Numbered from the stretch's first letter, positions 1-12,370 are shown. The stretch is 64,000 nt of DNA from Marsupella aquatica (GCA_973895155.1 OZ316896.1:22339722-22403721), one strand, 5' to 3'. Translations and numbers: made by a program. Notes: generated by a model not told the origin, from the letters alone.

Positions 1-2
1 CA

Positions 3-2693
3 AGTAATCTTAATAAGTTAGCAACAGGTCACCGATGGAAGAAAGGTTCTAGACTAATTTGTCAAGCTCTATACCAGCATGGGGGAAGAAATGTGGTTGA
101 TTGTTTAGCAACCAACATGATTGGACCTAGTCTAATTACTTTATAGAGAGACCGTAGAGGGATGTCTGAATTTAGAGCTGGTGTCCATGCTCAGCAATTT
201 AAATTCATTGTTGACATCTATGGCAAGATCAAGACTAGCATTGGCATGCATGGTCCATTGCCTTGCTATTTAGCAGAGGATGAAACCTGTGTGAAGAGGA
301 CAGTTAGATGGTTGCCAAAGCATGACACACTATTGGGTTTCCGTGGAACAAAAACAGATCATGTTTGCATTCCAGGGTTGGAGATCAAGGTAGGAGAGGG
401 TGATGTGGGTTTCAATAATGTACTGAAAGCATTTGAAAACAATGTGGTGGGATGGCAAGTCCGCTGCATTATGGTGAACCCTTTGCATAAAGAGTTTCCA
501 AGACTAAGTATGGTGTGCATGACAACTTGCAACACATTTGATGCTCCATGGGTTAGAAAACAATGGAATGAGATTGATGCTCTCTGGACAGAGATTTGCT
601 CTATGTCAGTTGGGCCATTGTTGGGTCATGCCAGTGATGGAGATTCACGAAGACGGAAGTTGATGTTAGAAGATTTTGTAGGGACAAATTCAAGTCCAGG
701 AGTAACACACAGACGCCAAAATGTTGGATGGATAGGGTGGCCATTGAGCCATTCTGTATTACAGGTGGGAGACAAAGTTTATGCTCATAGATTACATGAC
801 CAGGATTACATTCATAATGCCAAAAAGTTAATCAATCCATTGGATTCTGCTGCAAAGGTATTGAAATTGGGTGCTACACTTGTTAGCTTTAGTCATGTTG
901 AACAGGTAAGTAAAACATACTCTATTGCAGAGCATGGTTTAACCCTAGAAGACATGTCTAGAAACGAGAGACAAAATTGGACAAGTGCTCAAAGAATCTG
1001 TAGCAGAAAGGTAATTCTGTGTATGAAAGAGTTGAGAAGTAGAAAGGATGCAAGATATGAGCAATGTGCCGGAACAGAGGTCTATTTGTCGCTGTGTGCA
1101 GATTATGTTGACATTTTTGCCAACAAAACACTTACTCTGAGGGAAAAAGTGGTTCTTTGTGGAAAAGTTTCATTTTTATTGAGATTGTGGCGATTATGGG
1201 TGTTCTATGGAAATCACCAAGTAGGGGGTAACAGACAGCAGATTACTATGAGCAATATGGTCTCTATGCAAACATTCTTGGATGTTCAAATGTCATTGCA
1301 CTTTGCAGTGCTTCTCATTATCCAATTTTGAGATCATTTCCCTGGTTTACCTATCCCTTTGCATTTAACCGACTCAGATAGTTGTGAGCAATTTTTCTCC
1401 AAAGTGGGGGGAATGAAAGGAACATAACGCTGTTATGATGTGGCTGAATTGGTAGATTGCGCCACATCATTAAACCGCTTAGCAGAAATGGATTTAACTG
1501 ATGGAATCCATGGTATTGGGAAGAGTCATAAAAAACATAAAAATATTTGGATGAAAATACATTTTTCAGAGGGATATCAAGATGCAGATTTCACAGATTA
1601 TAGTGGCATCAATACCAATGATGAGATAGTGATAGCATTGAAAGAAGGTTTTTCTTTGGCCCAAGATGCAGCTACTCTAGTTCAAATGAACCCCTCCACA
1701 TCATGCAGAAATTGTCTGTGGTGGACATCACCTTGGGCAGTAGAGGCAAAGGGAAGGGACCAAGGAGGTTGGTGTGACATTATAGTGGAGACTTTGCCTG
1801 TGGAAGACCAACCTGAATCAGAGCAGCAGCCACATCTTGTGGTGGGCTCCTCTGCTGCTGTTATTACAGAGGATATAGTTGAAGGAGATGGGGTGGTGGA
1901 TGAAGTTATTGCCCAAGGAGAACTCCAGGGAACTATCCGTGAATTGTGTGCTGAGTTGAATGAAGGTCCAGTAGTTCTTGGACAACCCAAATGGGTTCCC
2001 ATGGTTAGTTGTGATAATTGTTATATATACAGAAGTACATTGGTGAGTCAACTAACTGGAAATCCTAGTCTTAGTAAGGATCGATTAACCAGGGTGAAAC
2101 AGAGTGTTTATTTCAATAATCTGGTTGATAAACGATCAGATCAAGAAGGGGTTCCAACAATGTTCATGTCTTATGGTATGGACTGTGGAGTGTATTTTGT
2201 AGCAGATCCACAACCTGGTAAAGAAACCAGGTCTCAAGGTCTACTGAAAGCATTGTCAAGGAACGGAAAAGGACAACCTACCTCAACCACTGGAAGAAAA
2301 GTTTCAAAGAAGGGAGGCAGAGCTGAAGCTGTGTCTGTAGGATCCATTCCAAGAGTGGAAAAGTATGTTTGGTGGATTGGAAGAATTCAAATGATTCGGA
2401 AAAAATATATCAACAAATGGGGAAGATGCAGGGAGTTACCTATTGACTTACTTGATAGGTCTGGCAAAGTGGATGATGGATCAGCTGCGTGTGAAGTACT
2501 GTTCAATTGGTTCAGTCCCTGTAGTGGGAGAACAAAATTTTGATATGATATGTGTGATCCTCAATGGATTGATTTGGACTGTGTTATATCCACAGTGAGC
2601 CTTTCAGTAGCTCCAGCTATTCCTAATGTGTTTGTCTTGCATGATCATGATGCAAGTTTACTTGATGATTTTGTAAAGAACAAGATCATATGA
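3..2693 (+). pseudogene. Decayed DDE transposase, P-element/THAP9-like; 5' end runs off the window
   Basis: ORFs 162-1331 and 1440-2543 share one frame that runs from 3 to 2693, broken by 4 in-frame stops (TAG 144, TGA 1329, TAA 1425, TGA 2541) and no frameshifts. Motifs in order: GHRW...GPSLITL (HTH-like), LAEDET (D1), HASDGD (D2), QDYIHNAKKLINP (DxxH), DSCEQFFS (E). No introns. Confidence 0.65.
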
Positions 2694-3765
2694 AGCTTAT
2701 TCACCAATGTATTGGCGAGTCACTTTTTTTTGATTGAATTTGCAGTCATTTGATGTCAGTGTGACATGATTTCATATGTAAACATGTAGCTGTAGTATTG
2801 CACTAAGGACATAAATCAACATTTAATGCCCAAAACTCGGTATTCGATTCCATGGAAGAACAAGAAAGGAATGATTTTCTATCATTTAACACTTATGAAT
2901 GACTAAGGTAACAAAAACACAGGTTTGAGTCTTTTACTATGATTGCCCAGCAAGGCATAGATTTGAATGTTTGCTTAACATTGTAAATGCAATTAATAAA
3001 ATGGAAACAAATAACAAAACACAATGAAATCTTGAGGTATGATGAGAGAGTCTGGAAAACACCAAGGTAACTTCTCATCAATACTTCATTTGATGTGATT
3101 TTGGTGGTATATCCGTAAGAACATTTCTGGAATGGATTACTGTACTAGGATGATTACTAAAATGCCGTCAACACGTCTCAACTTTTCCTTCCAAAGGTAC
3201 TCAGAAGAAACTAGTAATCAATCACTTCGATATCCAGTCGGTACTCTGAGTCACGAATAATAAACACCATCATGATCAAATTGAAGTCACATGTAATTGG
3301 TGAGTAACAATCTTTACATCCCATGCACAAGCAATGTCACGCCAAAAACTATGCATCAAGAACTCAAGAAGATGGGTTGTCACCACTTAAGGAATCTATT
3401 CCCTCATACTTCTGAGATTCAACTTCATACAAGTAATTTTACTTCAGTGATCTAAACTCTCAATCATTCAGACCAAGGAAGGGAGAAGAATTCCTTTTGC
3501 ATTTGCAAGCAAAGGTGATTCCAGTGCTGCAGCACATGCCACATGCACTACTTTATTTCTTCACACTTGAAAATGACACAAATTCTACTTCATATAGGCT
3601 AGCAGGAACCCAAGGAGACTGAGATACTGAAAGGACATGCCCTTTCATATCTAAAGGGTCTTGAATAAACTTAATGACAGTCATCCTTGAAAAGTGAATG
3701 GACAATGCTGAAAGTGTCAAAGCGTCGGTGTTTTTTCGGTAAAACTAATAAACAGTGATCTTAAT

Positions 3766-4405
3766 CTAATTTTAACTTCTAAACTAAAAGTCGGAATGAG
3801 TTGAAACTTTTCTAGGGTACTCTACTACATATAATCTCTATGCTGACAAAGTTTCAGACTTTTTTGAGATCTCTAAGTGCCTCAAATAAATCGGTAAAAG
3901 TGGCGCGGTGTTATAAAAGTGTGAAAAACGAAAATATTTCTAAGTGTCGGGAACATAGTGGACGCTTCAGAAAGCGTCCAAAACTACAAAGGACTTTTGT
4001 GGACGCTTTAGAAAGCATCGGCTGAATTTCGAGGTTTTGGTCGCAGCGTCCGTCTTTTGGTCTTCGGGCGGGACGCTTCAGTGGGCGTCGCAGTGTCGAT
4101 GTCGCCTTCGGGGTAGCAGATGCTTCTGTGGGCGTCGCTCCTCATGTGGATTGCAGAGCGTCGGAGTACAGCTGGTTGGGTGGCGGACGCTTCAGAAAGC
4201 GTCGTGGTCTTGGGTGGACGCTTTTCAAAGCGTCCAAAAATACAAAGGACTTTTCTCAAAGCGTCGGCGAAGTCGTGGCTATGTAAAAAATAGCTAAACT
4301 AAAATAATTTTAACTTTCAAACCACAAGTCGGTTTGAGATGAAACTTTCAAGGATGATTCTACTACGTAACTACTAACTCCTGAAAAAGTATGAGACTTT
4401 TCTGA
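3766..4405. repeat. Cluster of palindromes GGACGCTT-n-AAAGCGTCC bracketed by a diverged ~100-bp direct repeat; likely transposon subterminal region
   Basis: Palindromes at ~3959-3980, 4001-4019, 4185-4203, 4215-4236 and a degenerate one at ~4247-4265. TAATTTTAACTT...AAGTCGG..TGAG.TGAAACTTT...TCTACTAC...AAAGT.T.AGACTTTT occurs at ~3766-3870 and ~4304-4405. Confidence 0.6.
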
Positions 4406-5063
4406 CCACTTTAGCTATTTAACTAAAATAACAGAGATCGGCTGATTGTGATAATTGCACAGAGAGCTCATTCTTGCTGAAGAAGTGTTTTGGAGTCCGG
4501 TTCTTGAATCTTCTAGTCTGCATTGCTTCTCCAATGATGTCCAGTCTTCTTTCTTGGTAGCATGTAAGGAGCAAGGATTTATATTGGCGATCCTTGTCCA
4601 ATATAGGCAATAGCCTCCGATGAAGCATAACATTAGGTAAAGTGTTCAATTGATCTAAATTGCTACAAAAGGTAACTAGAATGCACCTTTGAGTTAGAAA
4701 AAGTTTAAAATTTATAAAATTTCCATCATTTCTAACTAATGTACAACATTACAGTAGCATTATATTGTTGCAAACTCATGATGTGCTGTCTCAACAGATA
4801 TATTACAACAACCAGGAAACTCGAATGGTGTATGAAGTTAGCATTCATGAAATTGCACCTGATCTTAAAGTGAGTTGTCTCAATTTTGTTTATATTTATT
4901 GTATTCTTTATGAATGTTTAAGCTCATCTCTAACATACTCTCCTAATTTTTTGCAGCATACGCAACAACACAATATCTGGTGTAATAGTTGAACATCATT
5001 TGCAACTGATGTGTAGTTTAGGGACTGTCACTAGTCTCCAAAACAGGTGCATGAGTAGTCCAT

Positions 5064-5228
5064 AGAACTTGTGTAACATCATCACATGTGCTTTGATAAT
5101 ATCTGTAGTGTAAAACTTGTGCAACATCATGACATGTGCTCTGATAATATCTATGTAGTGCAGTGTAGAACTAATTGTGCAACATCACCACATGTGCACT
5201 TGTTAATTATCTTTGTAGTGTAGTGTAA
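5064..5228. repeat. Three imperfect tandem copies of a ~50-58 bp unit
   Basis: AACTTGTG(T/C)AACATCA...CACATGTGC...TAAT.ATCT.TGTAGTG occurs three times. Confidence 0.75.
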
Positions 5229-6004
5229 GGATTAATAGTAGTCCATACATTGAACAGATGAAATAGTAGTTGTAGGATACATCATATAAATATCCCATAG
5301 TCACAAGTACAAGTACACTCATCATGTGTCCTTACAAGCGGCATTTTATAATGAAACAAGGGTATTTTTATTGAGTGTCAAAAGTACTTATAAACTACTC
5401 AAGGGAGTTTTTAATGGATGAAATTTTTATTATTATAATTTTCAAGGATATTTTAAATTTGTAATATGAAAACTAATAAGGGGTACTCAACATGGAAGTG
5501 TTCACAGGGGTATAAGACATTTTAGCCTAAGTGATTCCCCAGGGTTCCCAGCATTAATGGCCGTACAATACGAGAGGTCCTTAAATACCGGGAGTTGCGG
5601 TTTAACAAGGAAGTTATCAAGTTAGTTATTAGTCATTATTTATTATATGAAAAATATTTTTATAAATCTTTGAATTTAAGTTTTAAAATTGAAAATGTAA
5701 CTAAAATGGTTACATAGTGACAGTTTTAACCGTCTTGCTCTTTGCATTTTCAATGTTTTTACTTTTCTTTTTACGGCACGGCGTCCCAAAATTTACACCC
5801 AAATTGACACAAACACGAATGAAAACTATAAGTTTGATTCACAAAATCGACGAGTCTTGTTTGTTACGGTTGTTGTTGACATGGCACGCTGTGGTGCCAG
5901 GAATTTTGGAAGGGACCTCTAGTGGGGTCCATAATGAGCCATACTACCAGTTCTTGTGTGGACCCTTACTGTATGTTGGGTATATTCCTTATCCCAAGAC
6001 ACCA

Positions 6005-6258
6005 TCTACAACTATAATAAGGGATCCCGTCATTTTTCGTCCTTCGTCCTTCGTCCCCATACAAACAAGTTTCTGGGCGGGAAAGATCCAAAGCTGTTGG
6101 ATTCGATTAGTTGTTTTTGCTCACCATTGATGAGAGAAATATACACCCCTAACACGTATTTGCTTCCCGCTGCCCCGTAATGCCCCTGGCCAATCCGTAT
6201 GGGCCTGCCCTCCTTGCACAATGCAAAGCACTGGCATAGGGCTCGTGCACATATAAAT
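6005..6258 (+). mobile_element. ~250-bp dispersed repeat, copy A; Helitron-5'-end-like
   Basis: Begins A|TCTACAACTATAATAAGGGATCCC. Its reverse complement aligns by eye with 12423-12680 across several conserved blocks. Confidence 0.5.
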
Positions 6259-6861
6259 ACCATACAAAGTAGTCGACACAACGAGTATGTGGTTCACCTC
6301 CCGACTGAAGCTACGTCCACGGGAAAACAAGAGACCTTTACTTCTCTCTTGTTCCACTCCAACAATGAACTAAAGATCCACCAAGGGCTGACATCAGCCC
6401 TGGTTATATACAACATGCATCTTTGCTAATCTTAGCTGCTAAATCTTAACCTGAGTTATCCTAACTGCGGTTAACCCTAGAGTCATAAGACTAAGAGCAA
6501 TACTCAACATTGTAGTCACCACACCCAGTCCACCACTCTTGTCGCCATAGTCTATCACAGTCACCCAGTCCACCACACTCATTGTTGTAGTCTGTTTACC
6601 GTGGTTCATCAAAACTTGTCGACGGGTTTATTAATAAAGACACAATTGATTACGTCAGGTGTTTCGGGGGTTTAGGGCTGTCGTCAGGTCTCCCTATCAT
6701 TCTTGGTGCAATTGAAATTTTCTGCGTTGCACATGGGAGCATTGTTGTTTTGGTCGATCATTTGTCGGACATTTTTGTGGCTGCAGCTTCAGGCAGCAGG
6801 CAGACCCGCAGGTTGTGAAATGTGTTTGGCTGCGGTCCCAAAAACTACAGGAGGTTCAAAA

Positions 6862-7500
6862 ATGCCATTATTTAGTTAGATTACACTGTACATACCCATC
6901 ATGATTGGTACTTACACCGTAAAGTGGCCAAACACTACAGTAGGTTCACACCGCCATCATATTAGAGTTAGTTTACACTGTACATACCCATCATGACTGG
7001 TACTTACACTGTAAAGTGGAAATGCATCACAGTGAGACTCAAAAACTCCCGCCAGATATATATAGTCAGATTACACAGTAGTACCCAGCATGACTGGTAC
7101 TTACACTGTAAAGTGGAAATGCACCACAGTGAGACTCAAAAAACTCCCGCCATATATAGTCAGATTATACTGTACGTGCCCATCATGACTGGTACTTACA
7201 CTGTAAAGTGGAAATGCACCCCAGTGAGACTCAAAACACTCCCGCCATATACACTCAGATTACACTGTACGTGCCCATCATGACTGTTACTTACAATGTA
7301 AAGTAGAAATGCATCACATTGAGAGGCAAAAACTCCTGCCATATTTAGTCATATTACACTGTACGTACCCGTAATGACTGGTACTTACACTGGAAAGTGG
7401 AAATGCACCACTCCCGCCATATATAGTCAGATTACGCTCCCGTCATGACTGGTACTTACAGTGTAAAGAGGAAATGTAACACTCTCAGACGCAAAAAGGC
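6862..7500. repeat. Tandem array of about 7 copies of a ~95-bp unit
   Basis: Core CATGACTGGTACTTACACTGTAAAGTGG at ~6900, 6992, 7089, 7184, 7279, 7373 and 7444; the intervening sequence is also conserved. Confidence 0.9.
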
Positions 7501-8358
7501 GTCACCAGCTCAAAGTTCTGGGAATTGTGTTTTCGTCAGCTGCGAGGAGTCGTCGGCGCTTCAGGGAGTTCTCCGATTCGTATGGTGAGCACGTGAGCTC
7601 TTCGGCTGATGATGAGAGAGCAGGATTCGGGAATTTATTAGCTCGAGACGTTTCATTCATTCCCGGTGGTGGTGGCGGCTGGACCGCTGGAAGCGCGCTG
7701 CAGAATGGTACTCTGACGGCTTGTCGTGAGTCTGGAATTCTGGATGGAAGCTTTTTGACATGCTGGCGAAAAAATTTCGGTTTAGATAACGGGACTGGCT
7801 TCTTGACAATCATGACAGGAGATTGGCGAGGTGTGAAAGAATGATTGCCCTCTGCTTTCGTAGAAGGAGCAAACCAAACAGTACGCCCTTACGCAGAAAG
7901 ACGCAGACGAGAGGAGACTAGCGTTACCGTAGGCAGAGGACAGGAGAGAAGGGGAGCACATTATTATTATTAGTTTGATGGCCAAACGAAGTTGGGGTAC
8001 TTTCTTCCCTAATTTCCTGTGGCGCCACTTGTCCTCGAGCATTTAAAACGAACCGTTTGAAAGAGAGCGAGAGAGAGAAGTGTTCTCAAAATATGGGCAA
8101 GTGATCGTTTGTGACAACTTGCTGAAGGAGAAAGAAGCAAGCGAAGTGAAGTGAAAGTGAGGTGAAGTCGAGCGACGTCTGGCGGAAGTAGGTTAAGCTT
8201 GTGTTTGATTTTGAACCCGAAATTTGAGATAGGAGGTAAATCACTCAACATAGTTCGCGTATCATACCGCATTGTGTGATAGGCACCACATTTTGGTCGG
8301 ACATGTGCGTGAATTCTATAGAAAGTCAAGAGGGAGGAGAACATTTCGTGAAGGCAGG

Positions 8359-10704
8359 ATGGACGACGGGCTTTTCGAACAATTGTTGAACAATTTCTAT
8401 CGGCAAGGACTCAATGCCGAGAATGGGCAACCACGTCCTTCTGAAAGGAATTCTGGGCGCTCAACGCGAGTGAAAAAATCAGGACTAGATAGAGACACTT
8501 GTGTTCAAGCCCATGATGCCTTCCGAGCGCTGTATGCGTTGCAGGTGAGCTCCCTCCCTTTCAGTATGACGACATCATTTGTGCAGGAGTCTCCGACCGC
8601 ATCAGCTCCGCTCGCAAGCTTGAAGCCCATAACGCTACAACAGCTCATTGTCGGCAAGCGGCATTTTGGAAGAGTTTTGCACGGGCGCCTTTGTGTCAAG
8701 CCCTTCCGGGTGTCGGCCATCGTATCTGTCCTTGAGGACGAAGCGGGGAATGGTGTTCGACTCACTATGTACAACGTCTTATCAGCAGCGGCATCTCTCC
8801 AAGAAATTGAGGCTCGTTTCCCTTTGGGCATGAGAGTGATCGTCAAGGAGCCGTTCTTCAAATTAGCTGCAGATGGAAAGACTGCAATTCGGGTGGACAA
8901 TCCAGCAGATATTGCTATCGACGAAACTTGGAAGAAGGATATCTCTCCGCGTGAGTCGTGCGATAATGCCACTCTCTTGGCAGAACTCGAGGTGATTCGC
9001 TCTGAAGGGAATGAGCTGTTTGGTGCACAAAATTGGATCGGAGCTGTGAACAAGTATTCGGAGTGCATCGATAAAGCTATCGGTATAAGCGGAACGCAGA
9101 ACAACAAGACGATGCCGGACCAGTTCAATCGGGTTGTTATGTTGGCGTACTCCAATAGGGCGGAAGCCAGGTTGCGGCTCGGACGTTACGAAGATGCTCT
9201 GAGTGATGCCGACAAGGCCCTCGAATTTGATCAAAAGCATATCAAGACACTAGTCCGCAAAGGGAAGGCTGCTTACGGTCTCGGATTGTTTGAGAAGAGC
9301 TGCGCGATGTTTAAAGTAGCTCTGGAGCAATCTCCGAATGAGGTCTCCGTATTGGACAATCTCAAAGCTAGTAAGATTGCCCTTGAGCAGTCTCGGACCG
9401 GTGGATACGACTTATCGAATTATTACTCCAGGAAGTGCACTGATGATGTCCCAGCCTGCGCTGATTTCGTTGGACCAGTGGAAATCGGTCGAGTACATCG
9501 TGGCTACGGGCGACGGGGCCTCTTTGCCACGAAGAAAGTCGAACCAGGCCAACTCCTTCTCGTGAGCAATCCACTGGCCATCCGGCGGTGTAACGAGGAG
9601 TTGTTGAAAGTAAACCTCAGCTTTCACTTCCAGAGAAGAGGCGGCCACAACGGTGGTATTAACACTGGCGTTCAAGTTGATCTTCTGGCTGAGCTCGCAG
9701 ACCAGGTCATGAAGTCGAAGCGCAAGATGGCTCAGCTGCACAGTCTCTCAAGCTACGGAAAGCTCGAGATGGAAATCCCTTCCATGGAATTGTTTAGACC
9801 TGGGAGCGAGTGGGTTCCACCTGGCTCCGAAAAGATGGAGGTTGACATGGCCCTCATTCGTGCAGTTGCAAAATTGAATGCATTCGGAAACACTCCCGGC
9901 AACTTCCACGAGCTCATCGATCGGGCAGCCCAGAAGGATACCCCAGTCAAAGATGTCTGGTCCGGGATATGGGCTCTTCCTTCGTTTGCGAACCACTCTT
10001 GTGCTCCGAATTGCATGCTTACCTTCGTTGGAGATGCCATGTTCATCCGCGCGGCTGTACACATTGTCGAGGGTGAGGAGTTAACCGTCCCATACTTGGG
10101 TGGCCTCTTTGAAGATGTGGAAAGTCGTCAAGCCCGCTGCAAGACCTGGTTTTTCACCTGTAAATGTGAGCGATGCCAATTGGAGGAAACCCTGAAGCCG
10201 CAGCTGGCCAAGATCTGCAAGGCCATCCCCAATCTCGTGAAGGCAGCAGAAGCCGAAAGTCATGCAGAGGGCCAGCAGAAGCGTCAGGCGGCTAAAGAAC
10301 TCGCCAAAGTTGCAGATGAAATTGAAGCACTGATTCAGTCGCGTGATACCAAGCTTGGCCCCAGACAGCAAGGTTGGATTCGAGGGGCGTTCATCGCTGC
10401 GTACTTTGCAAAGTTTAGATTGGCAGTGGACGAATACGACTCTCAGTCTAGAATTACGACTCTCAAAGTGATTGTGGATTCGATGGCTTCTGTCTGTGTA
10501 ACGGATATAGTTTTAAAGCTTGCTGGCATACTGCTTCGAGAAGTCGAGCAAAGGTATTTCAAGCATAGTCAGTCTTACCGGCTGACCCTGGATCGAGTGC
10601 TGGGCATCTACAGAGTCGTGTTTGGCAAGCAGCCCAACAGCCTCCTTCACAAGCTCATCAGAGCTCGCTGGGAGCCACTCGGTCCTGAAGACTTTTACAG
10701 ATGA
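8359..10704 (+). CDS. Intronless TPR + SET-domain (SMYD-like) lysine methyltransferase with a fungal-type N-terminal domain
   Basis: First ATG at 8359 (MDDGLFEQ). TPR repeats (RSEGNELFGAQNW..AVNKYSECI; AYSNRAEARLRLGRYEDALSDADKAL; KTLVRKGKAAYGLG). SET motifs GRRGLFATKKVEPGQLL, ANHSCAPN, GEELTVPY. Post-SET FTCKCERC. Confidence 0.9.
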   Translation: MDDGLFEQLLNNFYRQGLNAENGQPRPSERNSGRSTRVKKSGLDRDTCVQAHDAFRALYALQVSSLPFSMTTSFVQESPTASAPLASLKPITLQQLIVGKRHFGRVLHGRLCVKPFRVSAIVSVLEDEAGNGVRLTMYNVLSAAASLQEIEARFPLGMRVIVKEPFFKLAADGKTAIRVDNPADIAIDETWKKDISPRESCDNATLLAELEVIRSEGNELFGAQNWIGAVNKYSECIDKAIGISGTQNNKTMPDQFNRVVMLAYSNRAEARLRLGRYEDALSDADKALEFDQKHIKTLVRKGKAAYGLGLFEKSCAMFKVALEQSPNEVSVLDNLKASKIALEQSRTGGYDLSNYYSRKCTDDVPACADFVGPVEIGRVHRGYGRRGLFATKKVEPGQLLLVSNPLAIRRCNEELLKVNLSFHFQRRGGHNGGINTGVQVDLLAELADQVMKSKRKMAQLHSLSSYGKLEMEIPSMELFRPGSEWVPPGSEKMEVDMALIRAVAKLNAFGNTPGNFHELIDRAAQKDTPVKDVWSGIWALPSFANHSCAPNCMLTFVGDAMFIRAAVHIVEGEELTVPYLGGLFEDVESRQARCKTWFFTCKCERCQLEETLKPQLAKICKAIPNLVKAAEAESHAEGQQKRQAAKELAKVADEIEALIQSRDTKLGPRQQGWIRGAFIAAYFAKFRLAVDEYDSQSRITTLKVIVDSMASVCVTDIVLKLAGILLREVEQRYFKHSQSYRLTLDRVLGIYRVVFGKQPNSLLHKLIRARWEPLGPEDFYR

Positions 10705-11964
10705 GTTGCTGTTACTGAAGGTTTTTTTGAGTGCCTTGCTTTTGTCCGCCTTGGCTGGAATAACTGCAAATCTGTTTGACTTACTGGAGATTCGAGAAAG
10801 GAATCCGTCGCCATTACCATTACACGGAGACGATACACCACCCATCCAAATCCTTTCCTCCTACCTTTCTCGGCGACGTTATCTTACCTGCCTTCTGCAA
10901 TCCTCTCTACAGCGAAGATGCTTAGATGACCTATCTTGAAATTTTGGAAGTTTTGATCGGTAGGCCAGCAGAAGCCTGCCACCTCGCCGATGTTTTCTAC
11001 GGAGTTGCAAGGTTGAGGGGGATTCTCTCTTTCAATCATCGGACGGTCAAGTTTTGTAGGTGTACATATTACCGAACGAGTTTTTACCAGATTTTGTAGT
11101 ACTCTTCGCTTTCAATCCCTTCACGTCAGGCGTTCCAAGTTTTGTAGATGTATATGTTCCAAACGAACTTTTACCGGATCATATAAGTTTTTGCTTTCAA
11201 TCAGTATCCCTTGACGTCAAGCGCTGATCGACTTTGCCTGAATCTCTAATGTCTCTCCATAATCATATGTCTCAGTAGGGATAGGACAGTCTTGCAAGAA
11301 GATATTGATTTTTACTTGATGTTTTCCTTGGCGTTTTCCATAGTTCCACCTTCCACCTTGCCCATCTTTCAAGATAGATTCAGCTTGCTAACGCTAGATG
11401 CGAAACTAGAAAAGGATGATGTTCGTGAATGAGCAATTTCAATAGCGCCCAACTGCAGATTAGACCTTGCATGCTCGATCAACACGGAATCCGGGGCAGG
11501 AGCCAATCCGGAGACCATTGCAGAATGGAGGAAGAAGGGTTTAAACTGCCACTTCATCCATTCATCCAGGACAACAGCCTCGTCTATCGCATGCTATGGT
11601 TCCAAAACAGATGTAAACAGTCACGTATCCAGGATCTTCTTTTGTGGAGGCGGGAAATTAGGATTCTATTGATAATAATTTGTGATCAATAGACGTGCGC
11701 ACTCCGCTGAGAGAAAAATGCTCATGAGACATGATCTTCATTGAACTAAGTAGAACAGATATACGGCATGTGAAATCCGAGAGAACAGCGAAAAGCAAAA
11801 TGCTCACGCGACATGATCTTTACTGAACGAGGAACGACAGATATACAGTATGTTATGTCCGAGAGAAGAGCGAAACGAATGCCCAACTGAAATGTCCACT
11901 CGAAGCGACAGATTTTCAGTACCTGAACTACTGTAGCGCCTTACACTCAAACATGTGAAATCCC

Positions 11965-12370
11965 CTTAACGGCGCTACTCCTCCACCTTAACGGCGCTAC
12001 TCCTACACCTTTTTTTATGCTGAGACACTCTTCACCACAGGGGACAGGAATGCGGAATAGTGACTTTTACGTGAGACACTCTTCACCGCAGGGGACAGGA
12101 ATGAGTTTGATGCTGAGACTCTTCACCACGGGACAGGAATGAGGAATAGTGACATTTATATGGGCAGGTGTGGTTTATGCATTGATTTTACTACCCACTT
12201 ATATAGTTGTGTAACTGGGGGTTTTATATGGGCAGGTGTGGATTCAGTGGAGCAGGGCATTGAGCAGGGCATTGATTTTACTGCCCCCTAGATAGTTGTG
12301 TAACTGGCTTAGAGCACATTGATTTTACTGCCCCCTAGATAGTTGTGTAACTGGCTGTAACTGGCCCAGA
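11965..12370. repeat. Mosaic of short local duplications
   Basis: CCTTAACGGCGCTACTCCT x2; TGAGAC(AC)TCTTCACC.C.GGGACAGGAATG x3; CATTGATTTTACT.CCC.CT..ATAGTTGTGTAACTGG x3. Confidence 0.75.

Noticed and set aside
6862-7500. CRISPR-like regularly spaced repeat
   Set aside because: The 'spacers' are homologous to one another, there are no cas genes and the context is eukaryotic; it is a tandem satellite
8505-10939. Many overlapping and antisense ORFs within the TPR-SET gene
   Set aside because: Shadow frames of a long coding sequence with no recognisable motifs
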